A DNA stretch of 64,000 nt from an uncultured Candidatus Saccharibacteria bacterium (GCA_964348725.1 CAYGDG010000002.1:64202-128201); one strand, 5' to 3'. Shown: positions 28,800-39,520, numbered from the stretch's first letter. The notes: a model not told the origin generated them from the sequence alone. Made by a program: numbers and translations.

Positions 28800-29064
28800 T
28801 TTTACTTTCCTCTATGGCTGTATTTTGTTCACGCATCATTTTTCTTGCGGCAAGTTCCCGGCGTACGGAGATTTTACAATCCATCCGCTTGTCATAGGAG
28901 TGATAGCGAGACTTGGGGCATCGCGTTTGTTCAAGGTTACTGTTCCGTGGCAGATCGTCAGTTTGCATCTGCGCGACCTTATCTGTGATCTCCTGCGGAA
29001 TGGGCGCAGGTGTGGCGCAGGCACTTAGAAGAATGAGACCGATTAAAAGAGTAAATTTATTCAT
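28780..29064 (-). CDS. Small lipoprotein of unknown function embedded in the efflux operon
   Basis: Lipobox LLSAC. 94 aa. Overlaps the adaptor gene start. Confidence 0.45.
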   Translation of the reverse strand: MNKFTLLIGLILLSACATPAPIPQEITDKVAQMQTDDLPRNSNLEQTRCPKSRYHSYDKRMDCKISVRRELAARKMMREQNTAIEESKNETIKN

Positions 29065-29066
29065 GA

Positions 29067-30401
29067 TTAATGTTCCTTCCCGTTGTTAATGTTTTGATCC
29101 GAATGAAACGCAGTTACTCTTTCAATGGCGGCGCGCTGGCGGTGATAATCCAGCACAGCTTCGTTGAATTGCTTCCGCGCATCGAACAATGTCCGCTGTG
29201 CGTCCAGCACTTCCAGATACCCGAACTTTCCTGCGTCATATCCTTGGCGAGCGAAGCTGAACGCTTCTTCCGCACCTGGCAGGACAGCGGTTTTCAATGC
29301 GCTGGCTTCGCCATATGCGCTCGTGAAATCGCCGTAGATGGCGGTGAGTTGTGTATCGAGTGAAAGCTGCGCTCCCCGCTGATCGAGCATGGCAGCATTT
29401 AAGTCATGACCCGCACGTTCAACGCCCGCCCGGTTGAGGTTAAAAACAGGAAACGGAATGGAAACGCCAGCAACGAAGGCTTGGCTGTCATCTTCCCTGA
29501 AATCCCTTACGCCAAAATTGAACGTGGGATCAGGAACGACATTTGCCTTTTCCAAAGAGAATCCGGCTTTAGCTTGATTCACATCGGCATCAAGGCTTTT
29601 AACATCGGGGGTTTGGGGTAAACGGGTACGATAAGACTCCAATGGCTCCGGCTCGTTCAAAGGCGGTAGGCTATCTTTTGCGACAGTAAAATCACCCGTA
29701 TCGCCACCCATCAGGGCGGATAAGGCCTGCTTCTTTGCTGTGAAGTTACGGCGGGCGCGTTCAAGGGCAATATTGCTAGCGGAAAGCTCAATCTCCGCTT
29801 TATTCTTCTGAATTGGCGGTTCTTTTCCCGCCTGCACTTTGGCTGCGACACTGTCACGCACCTCGGTAGCGAGATTCCGTTCTTCTTCCAGAATAGATAC
29901 TTCCTGCTGCGCCGCTGCAAGCTCGGCATAGGCAGTTGTCACATCACGGATCAGATCAAGACGCGCCGCATCACGGGCATAATGAATTTTCGTTTTTTCG
30001 GCATCGGCAACACGCACACGGTTACCGCGCTTGCCGGGAAGCTCGACCAGTTGCGAAACACCATAGGTTATTTCTGCACCGTCCAGCCCGTCATAGGGGC
30101 CATCGCCGTAGATATTTTCGGCTTCTACCGATAATTCAGGGTTTGGCAAGGCTCCGGCTTGTGAACGGCTGGCTGTCGCCGCATCAGCTCGCGCAGAAGA
30201 TGCCCCCAGAACAGGGGACTTTTCCAAAGCCCATGCAATCGCTTCATCCAGCGCAAGCGCGGCTTTAACGGCGGGCTTTTCCATTGCCGGAATGACTGCT
30301 TTATTATCCTGAGCGATGGCAGGAATGCTCATCGGCAAAGTAAGCACGGTTGCCAGCAGAATCATTTTGAAGCGCACAGCTCCCGTATTCATAGAAAGCA
30401 T
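29067..30401 (-). CDS. Outer-membrane efflux factor (CzcC/CusC, TolC-like)
   Basis: 444 aa. Signal peptide and duplicated OEP coiled-coil architecture, upstream of the adaptor and pump. Confidence 0.85.
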   Translation of the reverse strand: MLSMNTGAVRFKMILLATVLTLPMSIPAIAQDNKAVIPAMEKPAVKAALALDEAIAWALEKSPVLGASSARADAATASRSQAGALPNPELSVEAENIYGDGPYDGLDGAEITYGVSQLVELPGKRGNRVRVADAEKTKIHYARDAARLDLIRDVTTAYAELAAAQQEVSILEEERNLATEVRDSVAAKVQAGKEPPIQKNKAEIELSASNIALERARRNFTAKKQALSALMGGDTGDFTVAKDSLPPLNEPEPLESYRTRLPQTPDVKSLDADVNQAKAGFSLEKANVVPDPTFNFGVRDFREDDSQAFVAGVSIPFPVFNLNRAGVERAGHDLNAAMLDQRGAQLSLDTQLTAIYGDFTSAYGEASALKTAVLPGAEEAFSFARQGYDAGKFGYLEVLDAQRTLFDARKQFNEAVLDYHRQRAAIERVTAFHSDQNINNGKEH

Positions 30402-30506
30402 ATAAAAATCTCCTTGTTTGATTGAAAAATGCGTAACGCAATGGCAACCGCTTCAAACGAAGCGGTCTCACGGATTTCAAGCCAACGAGCTTAAAGTCCG
30501 TTCAAA

Positions 30507-30887
30507 TCAAACGAGGGGTCTTGGGGGGCGAAGCATCGAAGCGATAAAATCGCTATTATGACTTGCTTCTAAGGAGTACGAAAGGCCTGAAGCATCTGGC
30601 TCAGGCAAGGCAAAATTATAATTTGAAAGGCTTATCGCGTGGGATGCGCAGCAGTGTACGCAGTCCATACATTTCGCTTTTGAAGATTTACTCTGATTGG
30701 TGTCCGTCTGCTTGTCCTGATCAGCTTGGTGACCGGAGCAGTCGGATGCATTAGTGCCATTATCCTCTATCTGTGACATAGTTTCCGTATCGCAGGAATC
30801 CGGTCCAAAAGCATGCGCTGCGGCTGAATAGCCGCTGAAACCAATTGCAAAAATTAAAAGCATGAGGAAAACGCGCATAATCATCAT
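30507..30887 (-). CDS. Secreted Cys/His-motif protein (possible periplasmic metal sensor or regulator)
   Basis: Signal peptide. …KCMDCVHCCASHA… cluster. First gene of the efflux operon. Confidence 0.45.
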   Translation of the reverse strand: MMIMRVFLMLLIFAIGFSGYSAAAHAFGPDSCDTETMSQIEDNGTNASDCSGHQADQDKQTDTNQSKSSKAKCMDCVHCCASHAISLSNYNFALPEPDASGLSYSLEASHNSDFIASMLRPPRPLV

Positions 30888-31235
30888 TGTAACATACTGT
30901 CAATTATTAGCAATCCCCGATCTTTTCAATCCAGTGCATTTCTAAATTCCATTTATGTTTTTTGACTCATGCATCTTCTGCCTTACGCTTGGACCTTAAA
31001 ACCGCCAGAAAATATAAATCTCCAATTTGCTGAAAAATAATACAAAAACCTGAAGGTGGGTTTTGATGGTCTCTCTATAGGTTTTAGAGAAAAAGGGGCA
31101 TTTAGAGAGAAAATGGCCGAAAAATGGCCCAGCGACCCGTCCAGTCTTCCTTCAGCTTTGCATGGCAAAACCCCAAGAACTCTGCCCCTCAGGGGAGTGA
31201 TTATAGTACCAAGATACTGTTTAGATTTATGAAAT

Positions 31236-31312
<77 letters not shown>

Positions 31313-31621
31313 ACATTTGTACAAAGAACGCTTTTTCGCAAGCAAGAAGAAAAGCCCCCGATATATACGCCTCCGTATTTCAAAAAGCAAGACTTAATTC
31401 GTGCCCGAAAAAACCACTCCCTCATGTGGACGGGCCTTTGAAAACAAAGGAAAGGCAGAAACGCATATGTATTTATCGCTCAGAATATCGCCCATCCAAC
31501 GCTATGAGGATCAATGGCGTGGGCACAGCAATATCAGTGTATTCTGTCTTTTTATGGACCGGTTTTAATCAAAAAAAGTCATCTCAAAAACGATGATCCG
31601 GGGCCTTATAATAAGCAATCT

Positions 31622-31873
31622 CTACGGTGCATCAAATGCCGCCAAAGAGTTGAGTTCCTGCCGAAGCTGAGCTTTTTTCACGCGTTTCCGGAGTTTTCGT
31701 TCCTCCAGATCCGGCCCTCGCCACAAGGCCACAAGAGAAAGAACAGGAGGCAAGAACAGCAAGGCGACCAGCCACCTTTCGGGACCATAGGACTCAAAAA
31801 ACAAGGAGGCTCCGAAAAACAAGAGACACACATTGCTCAAAAGTGCGGCCCAGTAGATTATTTTTTGTTTCAT
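31622..31873 (-). CDS. Small two-TM membrane protein, hypothetical
   Basis: AAGGAGG RBS 9 nt before the ATG at 31873. 83 aa. Confidence 0.4.
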   Translation of the reverse strand: MKQKIIYWAALLSNVCLLFFGASLFFESYGPERWLVALLFLPPVLSLVALWRGPDLEERKLRKRVKKAQLRQELNSLAAFDAP

Positions 31874-31992
31874 AGGTAAAGTTCCTCCTTTTGAAAACGT
31901 ATTTCCCTTGAGATCATTGTATAACATCGTGTTATAATCGGTCACCATGTTTTATGCTTGTCTTACTCAAAACATAAAGAAGGATAAATCGA

Positions 31993-33687
31993 ATGCGCGC
32001 CTCCCTTTCCTGCCTTGTACTGTTGGCCAGTGTTATGGCTTCTCCTGCCTTTGCGATCGATATTCCGGTCGATAGTATTATCAAGGCCGCAACCGTTTAC
32101 AATGATCGGGCCACCATTACCCGCAGGGCCACAGTGGATATTCCCGCAGGGGCTCACACACTGGTTTTCAAAAATCTGCCTGTTACGCTCTTTACCGATT
32201 CGCTTCATGCCGATGGCAAGGCCACGGGAAAAGTCACCTTCGGGGCCGTGACGTTCAAACAGGAAAATTCTGAGGATTTTGTAGTGCCAAAAGAAAAAGA
32301 ACTGATGGATAAGCTATTGCTTTTGCAGGATTCCAGACAGAACATCGAAGCCGAAAAACAGGCTCTGGTCACGGGCAAAACCTTTTTGGATAATTTAGGG
32401 AAACAAGCTGTTTTAAGAGCCAATGAAGATATTGCTGAAATCAACCTCAAGCCCGAAGTCTGGGCGGCGGCGGCGGAAAGCCTGCAAACAAAAATCGCTG
32501 AAAATCTAAAGGCTACGTTGGCACAGGATGTTGCTTTGCGGAAAATTGATGATGAGATCCAAAAAAACCAGAACGATCTGGATCAGCTCCGGACCGGACA
32601 AAAACAGACCATGCTGGTGGAGGTCCCCATCGAATCGCCCACCGCCACCAGCTTGACGGTCGAACTCCAGTATCAGGAACCTGAAGTCGGCTGGCAACCG
32701 GTCTATGATGCGCGGTTCGATACGAAAACGGGCGTGCTGGCGCTCGTGCAATACGGCGCAATCTGGCAAAGAACGGGGGAGGACTGGACGGACATTGATT
32801 TGACGCTCTCCACCGCCCAGCCGAGCAGAGGGACAGGCCTGCCAGACCTACCGCCCCAGTGGGTGAGCCTGATGGATGCGAATTATGGCGCGCAAGGCAT
32901 CGGTTCTGCCGGAGGGACACGTGCGGATTTTGAAACCAACGCCACGGGGATGGTGGCTATGGCACCCGCCATGAAAGCCCGTGAAAACGTTGTTATGGAT
33001 AGCGCCATGCCTGTACCCGAGCAAGAAGTGGCCTTTACCGGCGCTCAAATTGACTCCCAAGGCTTTGTTGGGGAATACCATATTGTAGGGCCCAGCACAG
33101 TGACATCGGATGGCACACAGAGCAAGGTTCTGGTCGGCACGTTTGACACCGATACCATCATGCAGGTTCAGATCAAACCACAGATCAGCACCGAAGCCTA
33201 TCTGGTTGTCAAAACAACGCTGAAAGGCGATTCGCCAATCCTGCCCGGGCCGGTTAATTTGTTCCGCGACACGGCCTATATTGGTCAGACCGTTTTGCCG
33301 ATGCTCCGCCCCAACGATATTCAGGAACTGGCTTTTGGCGTGGATGACAAAGTCACAGTGAAACGCAATGTCCTGAAAGACGAACGCAGTGAAACGGGTT
33401 TGGTGATCAAGGATCAGGTCATCGAAAAACAATTTACGACTGACATCCAGAACCTGCATAAGGAAGACATCGCCATTGCTGTTTTGGAAACTGTTCCCGT
33501 CTCTCAAGACCAAAAAATCCGCTCTGAAATCCTGACTGATATCACCACGGCGGGTTATGAAAGCGATTTACATGATGTGAAGGGGCTCATGCGCTGGCTC
33601 GTGACTGTCAAGCCGGAAGAAAAAAAGAAAGTCACGCTGGGCTGGCGGGTAAGCTGGCCCAAGGACCAAAGTCTTTCAGGATTATAG
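31993..33687 (+). CDS. Secreted DUF4139/MuiA-like (mucoidy inhibitor family) protein
   Basis: Signal peptide. 564 aa with the N-terminal …TVYNDRATITR… pattern of the DUF4140/DUF4139 family. Confidence 0.6.
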   Translation: MRASLSCLVLLASVMASPAFAIDIPVDSIIKAATVYNDRATITRRATVDIPAGAHTLVFKNLPVTLFTDSLHADGKATGKVTFGAVTFKQENSEDFVVPKEKELMDKLLLLQDSRQNIEAEKQALVTGKTFLDNLGKQAVLRANEDIAEINLKPEVWAAAAESLQTKIAENLKATLAQDVALRKIDDEIQKNQNDLDQLRTGQKQTMLVEVPIESPTATSLTVELQYQEPEVGWQPVYDARFDTKTGVLALVQYGAIWQRTGEDWTDIDLTLSTAQPSRGTGLPDLPPQWVSLMDANYGAQGIGSAGGTRADFETNATGMVAMAPAMKARENVVMDSAMPVPEQEVAFTGAQIDSQGFVGEYHIVGPSTVTSDGTQSKVLVGTFDTDTIMQVQIKPQISTEAYLVVKTTLKGDSPILPGPVNLFRDTAYIGQTVLPMLRPNDIQELAFGVDDKVTVKRNVLKDERSETGLVIKDQVIEKQFTTDIQNLHKEDIAIAVLETVPVSQDQKIRSEILTDITTAGYESDLHDVKGLMRWLVTVKPEEKKKVTLGWRVSWPKDQSLSGL

Positions 33688-33800
33688 TCATTAACGAGGA
33701 ATTGGTGTAATGAGACGGAGTAAAACCCATTTTCAATAGTACAATTCCACTTTAATAGTACAGTTACGTTTTCAAAAGCCTCAAAAAACACAGGGAAAAA

Positions 33801-33847
33801 TGGTGGCTCTGGCAAGATTTGAACTTGCGACCAAAGGATTATGATTC
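33801..33847. repeat. Distal att repeat: duplicated 3' 47 nt of the CAT tRNA
   Basis: Identical to 41138-41184. Confidence 0.85.
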
Positions 33848-34087
33848 AGACATGGGTGCGCAGGGCTCTGTATGGTTATAACAGGTCTTAAGAGTCCAGA
33901 CCCAAGCAGCGCAAAGTCTTGGCCTTCATAACACGTTCAAATCTCTCAAGACTCCACAGGCTCAAACAACAGGTCTGTGTTACCCCAGTGTTACCCCGTG
34001 AGAAAATTTAGCAGCCTTAAAATCATAAAAAACAAAAATTCACAATTTAATAGATATGAGCCATCCCCGCCCGCACCCAATAAAAGT

Positions 34088-35173
34088 TTATAAAAAATTC
34101 TCACTCGCCTCTAATAAAACCTTGTGCCCATCACCGAAATCTTTTGCCTTATACACAGCATTTTTTAATACGTCCTTATCAGGCACACTGATCACTTCTG
34201 TACAGCCATTAACTGATGCAGAAAAAATAAGAGCCACACAAGCATCATCTCGCATTACCCTGCTATAGGAAAACCCTTTTTCCTTAGAAAGATTTTCTAA
34301 TGACAGGGCATTGTGAATTTGTGGGTCTGGAATATTTGATGCCACCCAAAGCTGTGAAGATAGGTCTAGCGCCCCCCTATAATGCAGGTTTTGTAAAGCT
34401 TTACTTTTCCCCAGAAGACAGCCAATAGGAGAGTTTGTAATCATATCAGGCACACAAAATTCTGCATTCTTTCCACTGCATGGCAAATATCGAGCAACCA
34501 TCTCTTTTGCTTCTGTAAGGTATTCAATGTCATTGGGGGTTGATTCAATGGCCTCAATTTCCGAAACTAATAATCCAGCAAAATCATTAAATTCTTCGCA
34601 AAAATGAAAACGATTATTTTCAACTCCAATTGCATGGTGCTTTAAGAAATAAGATAGTGCAAAAAGGCCAGTCCCAGAATCTAAATTCGTTTTATAATCA
34701 GGCTCTTGAGGATAACGAAACAATCTTTCCAAGAGAATATACTCTGCAATTTCGTCTGCGTAAGGAATACTTTTATCGTTTTTACAAAGCAGAAAACTTT
34801 TCACGTCCACCTTGATTTCCTCAAGCAATCCAGAAAAACGATTCAGCTTTACACCTAAATGTTCATCAAGAGGTCTACTACCTTGATGATGAAAATAGTC
34901 ATGCAAGTACCCCCATATGCAACGAGCAATATAATTTTCCCTTTTGTTTAAATTTGAGGACGTAAATTGCTGATCTTTCGGGGTTATATTGCGCGCAGTT
35001 TGAAGTGTAAGATCCCGATAAAGTCCGTAGTGCTTGTTAAAGAAAAAGAGAGCGTATTTTTGCTCCAATAAAGGGCCAGATGATGAAATATTTTCTGGAA
35101 AAAAAACAACATTGTTGCCATTGCGGATTTCTTTTGATCCCCTCAAAAACTGATGTTGCATAATGAAGACCAT
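34088..35173 (-). CDS. Hypothetical protein, possible class I SAM-dependent methyltransferase fold
   Basis: …TNLDSGTGLFALSY… resembles MTase motif I. About 35% GC. 361 aa. Confidence 0.35.
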   Translation of the reverse strand: MVFIMQHQFLRGSKEIRNGNNVVFFPENISSSGPLLEQKYALFFFNKHYGLYRDLTLQTARNITPKDQQFTSSNLNKRENYIARCIWGYLHDYFHHQGSRPLDEHLGVKLNRFSGLLEEIKVDVKSFLLCKNDKSIPYADEIAEYILLERLFRYPQEPDYKTNLDSGTGLFALSYFLKHHAIGVENNRFHFCEEFNDFAGLLVSEIEAIESTPNDIEYLTEAKEMVARYLPCSGKNAEFCVPDMITNSPIGCLLGKSKALQNLHYRGALDLSSQLWVASNIPDPQIHNALSLENLSKEKGFSYSRVMRDDACVALIFSASVNGCTEVISVPDKDVLKNAVYKAKDFGDGHKVLLEASENFL

Positions 35174-35321
35174 GAGCCTTCACTCCAGGATTTATCTCGT
35201 TTTCTAAAACGATTTTGTTATCTAACCAAGCTTGCACGCAGAACTCCAATAAAACTCCGATTTGCAATCACTAATCGCAAATCGAAAGATTTGTCAACAG
35301 AAAAAGAGCCCGACGTCTCCC

Positions 35322-35969
35322 TTAAAACGCCAGCCTAACGCCAAGGAATATGATTAATCCACCAAAAATCATATCTATCCAATGCGCTCCAGACAAAAAT
35401 TTTGCCCTCAAATTCTGATTCATGAAAAGGAGACTTACAAGCACATACCAACCACACTCGATAAAAAACGACGTGCCGCCGTACAAAAATTTTATGCTCA
35501 ATTTTGTTTCCGCCGTAACAAATTGAGACAATACAGCAGTAAAAAATATAAGAGCTTTTGGATTTAGAGAATTAGTCAAGAAACCTTCCAAAAAGACTTC
35601 CCAAAAATGTTTAGTCTGAGAATTTGTCTCATATCTTTGCACTGAAGTAGAACAAGAAGACTTCTGAGCCATAAATGTGGCACAAGATGATAATAGACAC
35701 TTTATTCCAATGTAAATTAAATATGCAGAACCAGAATACTTGACCAAGCTGTATGTAAAATTTGACTTTTCAATTAGCAATGATAATCCAGTCAGAACAA
35801 AAACAATATGAACAAGGATACCGCACCCTAGACCAAAAGCAGTAGCAATACCCAAATACCACCCATAAGACACAGCATTCCTAATACCCACCAAAAACGC
35901 AGGGCCGGGTGACGTTGTCGCTGCGAATTGTATAGAAGCAAATAAAAACCAAGACCAAAACAAAATCAT
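35322..35969 (-). CDS. LysE/RhtB-family amino-acid exporter
   Basis: …TTSPGPAF… LysE signature. Six TM segments. Low GC. Confidence 0.65.
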   Translation of the reverse strand: MILFWSWFLFASIQFAATTSPGPAFLVGIRNAVSYGWYLGIATAFGLGCGILVHIVFVLTGLSLLIEKSNFTYSLVKYSGSAYLIYIGIKCLLSSCATFMAQKSSCSTSVQRYETNSQTKHFWEVFLEGFLTNSLNPKALIFFTAVLSQFVTAETKLSIKFLYGGTSFFIECGWYVLVSLLFMNQNLRAKFLSGAHWIDMIFGGLIIFLGVRLAF

Positions 35970-36434
35970 CCTAACTTCACCAATCAAAAAAACGATAATA
36001 ATAGACCTGTTGCAAAAGTAGGATGAATTTGGGTATAGCGCAATGTGGCCCTTTGTTTTTTTTAGAGCCCCGCCACTGTACATCGTCAGGGATAGTTGGA
36101 TAAAAAGTGTAAAAAAATAAGGTGGTGTGTTGGCATCAGTTTTTTCCCATTATTAGCGTATTGTCTCAAAATTAGACTGGGGTCTAATAATGCTATCGAA
36201 TTGATATGAATGTGATTTTTCAATATTAGAGTGATTTTTCTATATATATACGAGAAATCAGGTTGTAAAAAGGTCGTTTTACGCTCTTTCGGAAAATGTC
36301 ATGAAAGTTTTTTTGCTTCACTTTTCAGGTTTGAAGGGGTTCTGACCTATTCAGTCTGGACATAACGCGTTAATTTCTTTGAGTTCCAGAAATTTTTCTC
36401 TTATGCTTTAAGCGAAAGGAAAGGCTGGGATCAT

Positions 36435-36821
36435 ATGCAGTGTCTTTTAACCGACAAGAAAATATCCACTCTGAAAGCCACCCAAAGGCGTCAAGAATTT
36501 TGGGATACCGCCCTTCCGGGCTTTGGTGTGCGCGTCACGAAAACAGGCCAGAAGACATTCTTTGTGATGTGCCGCGAAGGGGGAAAACAAAAGCGGATAT
36601 CACTGGGGCGTTATCCTCTGGTGAGCCTTGCAGAAGCCAGAGAATCTGCACGCGCCAAGCTCAGGCTTTCATCCTTGGGGCTTCCCCTGAAGGAGGAAAA
36701 ACAGGAGAGCATAACCGTCGAACAAGTCTTTGAGTCCTTTATTGAAATCTATGCCAAAAAGAAAAACAAGGATTGGCGGCGAGGCACAGCCAGACTGAAG
36801 CAAACATTGATAAAGGAGTAA
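36435..36821 (+). pseudogene. Truncated P4-type tyrosine integrase (N-terminal arm-binding domain only)
   Basis: …EFWDTALPGFGVRVTKTGQKTF…RISLGRYPLVSLAEARE… matches the integrase N-terminal DUF4102/arm-binding domain. ORF ends after 128 aa and no catalytic domain follows. Confidence 0.65.
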
Positions 36822-36982
36822 CATTCCGCATAAAGACTGGGAGGGGGTATCATGATTATTTTCAAGGAACTTTACCAGAGAAGGTCAAAAAAATTGATCA
36901 GATAGACATTAAAACAAAAGGATACGTCATGTTTGCAACCAGCCGTCACAAAAGCGGCGTTTATTACAGGAGAGTAGTATGA
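36773..36982 (+). pseudogene. PrimPol-domain fragment
   Basis: …GRGYHDYFQ…DIKTKGYVMFATSRHKSGVYYRR resembles the C-terminal part of the bifunctional primase-polymerase domain. N-terminus missing. Confidence 0.45.
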
Positions 36983-38220
36983 TTTTTTCACAGATGGCAA
37001 AATTTCCGGAAGATAAGCTTGCCTTTTTGTTACAGGAAAAAAAGGAAAAAAGATCACAAAACAATCTGGTAATTCGCGAAGGCGGGCGGCATTCGCACAT
37101 GGTCAGCCTTGCAGGATTTTATCGGAACAAGGGCTACAGTCAGGAGCAGATATTTGCGCTTCTGGATTCAGCCAATACCGTTAGTTTTTTAGAGCCTCTT
37201 TCCGATGATGAAATAGAACGCATTGCGAAGGGATGCGGTAAATATAGCACGCTTTACGATGAGTACACTGTCAATCTTGACGATGTAGAAGAAAAGCCAA
37301 TGGAGTGCCTTATCGCGCCATACATATCCCGCTACGATACAAACATTCTTGAGGGGGAGCCTGGGGCTGGTAAATCGACATTGCTTGCTGAGTTGGCAGC
37401 GTGCATTACAACGGGTAAAAAATTTTGTGGCATCAAACCAGATGTTCAAGGGAATGTTCTATTCTTCGCAATTGAGGATAGCATTGGTACGGTTTTCAAG
37501 ACCCGCGCAAGACTACAGCGGGCAAATTGTAAAAAGATTGATGTCGTGGATGGGTTCTTGGCTCTCAATGATGAGGGTTTTGCTTACCTTGAGCAAGCTT
37601 TGTCCAAGAAATCCTATGCGTTGGTGATCATTGATACCCTCACCTCATCATTGGCGGGTTTGAACATGAATGATGGGGCCGATATGGCGAGATTGATTAG
37701 AAAGCTGACAACATTGGCGCGCGATTATCAGACAACTTTTCTGGCTGTGCGACATTTTAGAAAGGCTGGAGCAGAACAGGCGGGGCATATAGGTATGGGC
37801 TCGATTGCCATCACGGGAGGAGCCCGTAGCTCGTTGATGGTCAAAGTCTGTCCAGAGGATGAAAATAAGAGGTATTTGGCTCACAACAAAAGCAACGGAT
37901 TAAAAAAAGGAAAAACTCTCACCTTCACCATTCGCAACGCCCCTGACGAGGACACTGAAATAGGGCAATTAGTCTGGACAGGAACAAGTGATTTGACTGC
38001 TGAAGACCTTCTGTTCATGAATAGAAAGCCCGTTCAGAAAAAGGACGAAGCGATTGCGTTCTTGGAAGAAATTTTGGCAAAGGGTCCTGTTGACTCGTCT
38101 GTCGTGGAACAAAACGCTAAAAAGAGGGGGCTTACCAAAGCCACTCTCAGAAGAGCGAAAAAGGACTTAGGCATTAAAAGCCGCCGTAAAGGGACTGGAT
38201 GGATCTGGTCTTTAAAATAA
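36979..38220 (+). CDS. PriCT-domain / AAA_25 (RepA-like) replication ATPase
   Basis: PriCT-like GGRHSHMVSLAGFYRNKGYSQEQIFALL. Walker A EGEPGAGKST. Confidence 0.7.
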   Translation: MIFSQMAKFPEDKLAFLLQEKKEKRSQNNLVIREGGRHSHMVSLAGFYRNKGYSQEQIFALLDSANTVSFLEPLSDDEIERIAKGCGKYSTLYDEYTVNLDDVEEKPMECLIAPYISRYDTNILEGEPGAGKSTLLAELAACITTGKKFCGIKPDVQGNVLFFAIEDSIGTVFKTRARLQRANCKKIDVVDGFLALNDEGFAYLEQALSKKSYALVIIDTLTSSLAGLNMNDGADMARLIRKLTTLARDYQTTFLAVRHFRKAGAEQAGHIGMGSIAITGGARSSLMVKVCPEDENKRYLAHNKSNGLKKGKTLTFTIRNAPDEDTEIGQLVWTGTSDLTAEDLLFMNRKPVQKKDEAIAFLEEILAKGPVDSSVVEQNAKKRGLTKATLRRAKKDLGIKSRRKGTGWIWSLK

Positions 38221-38347
38221 CTTTTTCAAGATGCTCATTTATCCCATATAGGAAATTTGAGCATCTTGAATTTATACCGTGTTTGATTTCTGGGTCTGAT
38301 AAAGGATTGTGTTTCACCAAAGGGCTATACAATCCTTTACCCTGAAA

Positions 38348-38596
38348 TCACTTTGCAACTTTTTCGGTAGGGCTTTTAGATGACTGATGGGCATTGAGGG
38401 CAACAAGTGCTTCCTCCAGCCCCTTTGATCCTTTCGGCCATGCCCATGGTGTTCTGGCGGCACGTTTTTGGGAAAGGTTCGGATATTTCTTTGTATCCTT
38501 AGCGGCCTCGCGCAAGAGCATGCGGGATAGGCGTGGGTCGAGTTTTTTCTCCTTACAGATTTGCTTGAGTGTGACATCTTCATTGGGCGTGTTCAT
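38348..38596 (-). CDS. Hypothetical small protein (possible regulator)
   Basis: AAGGGAGA RBS before the ATG at 38596. 82 aa, basic. Confidence 0.4.
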   Translation of the reverse strand: MNTPNEDVTLKQICKEKKLDPRLSRMLLREAAKDTKKYPNLSQKRAARTPWAWPKGSKGLEEALVALNAHQSSKSPTEKVAK

Positions 38597-39103
38597 AGGA
38601 TAAGTCTCCCTTTCTGTGAGTTGTTTACAAAGCAGACATTAAGATGGGGTTCTGGTGCGTGTCAGAGAAAACCCTGCAGGGCACGGCAAAATAACAGACC
38701 TAAGGATTTATAGTCAGCCTTTCCCAAGGCCGCGTACGCTTGTTTTTAAGCGCTATACGCGCTATTTGAGGCGCGCGGGTAACGCACGGGTATAGTAACC
38801 GCCGAAAAACCTTTGTTTTTTCAATCTATGGAAATTATTGAGCAGTGTAGAGCGTTCACTCTTCCCTTTGCCTATAAAACCTTCTATCCTCATCCCTGAA
38901 GTCGATACGCAACGGCTTTGGGGCTTTACAACCTCGCTAGCGGTCTGCATCAACCGGAATGATGCATCCTTGACCTATGGTCGGGGAGCCTGTGCTATGC
39001 AACAGGCTTCACGGCTAAAATCACAGGGATCGTCTAGCGATTTGTAAACTCCCCGACTACCAGTCAAGTAATCAGGCGGGGGCGCACCGCACGGGAGTTT
39101 GCG

Positions 39104-39484
39104 ATGAATTATACCGATCTCATGAAGTTTTTTGGCTGTGAACCGCTTGAAGGCCGATTTCCGACATTTGGTGAGTTGAAGAACAAAAATTTTAAACAGA
39201 TCACGATGGAGCGTGGCGTCTATTTCGTGATTGATGAAACCAATCCCGCCGAACCGATTGCCTACATTGGTATGGCCTCTACGTCGCTTAGAAGTCGTGT
39301 GAAGGCACTGGTCATGAAAAAAGACAACCACAAAGGCGGCTCGGATATTTGGGAGCTCCCCCATTACGATGATCTGCGCATTTGCTGGAAGGTCAATAAA
39401 TGCGCCCGTGATTATGAGGCCGAGTTCATCGAGCGTTATAAATCTATCCACGCCAAACGCCCCTTTGCGAATAGGAAGGATTAG
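39104..39484 (+). CDS. GIY-YIG nuclease-domain protein
   Basis: GVYFVIDE…IAYIGMASTSLRSRVKA…EAEFIERYK matches the GIY-YIG core. GGGAG RBS. Confidence 0.65.
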   Translation: MNYTDLMKFFGCEPLEGRFPTFGELKNKNFKQITMERGVYFVIDETNPAEPIAYIGMASTSLRSRVKALVMKKDNHKGGSDIWELPHYDDLRICWKVNKCARDYEAEFIERYKSIHAKRPFANRKD

Positions 39485-39520
39485 GAAAGACAATATATTT
39501 TCTGGACGTTCACGACTTTC

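Noticed and set aside
31040-31140. Direct repeats TTAGAGAGAAAA x2 and a GGCC hairpin between the efflux operon and tRNA-fMet
   Set aside because: Short, AT-rich and explainable as a weak terminator or promoter remnant. No supporting structure.
32848-33513. 221-aa minus-strand ORF inside the DUF4139 gene
   Set aside because: Antisense overlap. No start context.
33801-33847. Possible second tRNA gene
   Set aside because: Only the 3' 47 nt of the tRNA are present, with no 5' half. Interpreted as the att duplication, not a functional tRNA.
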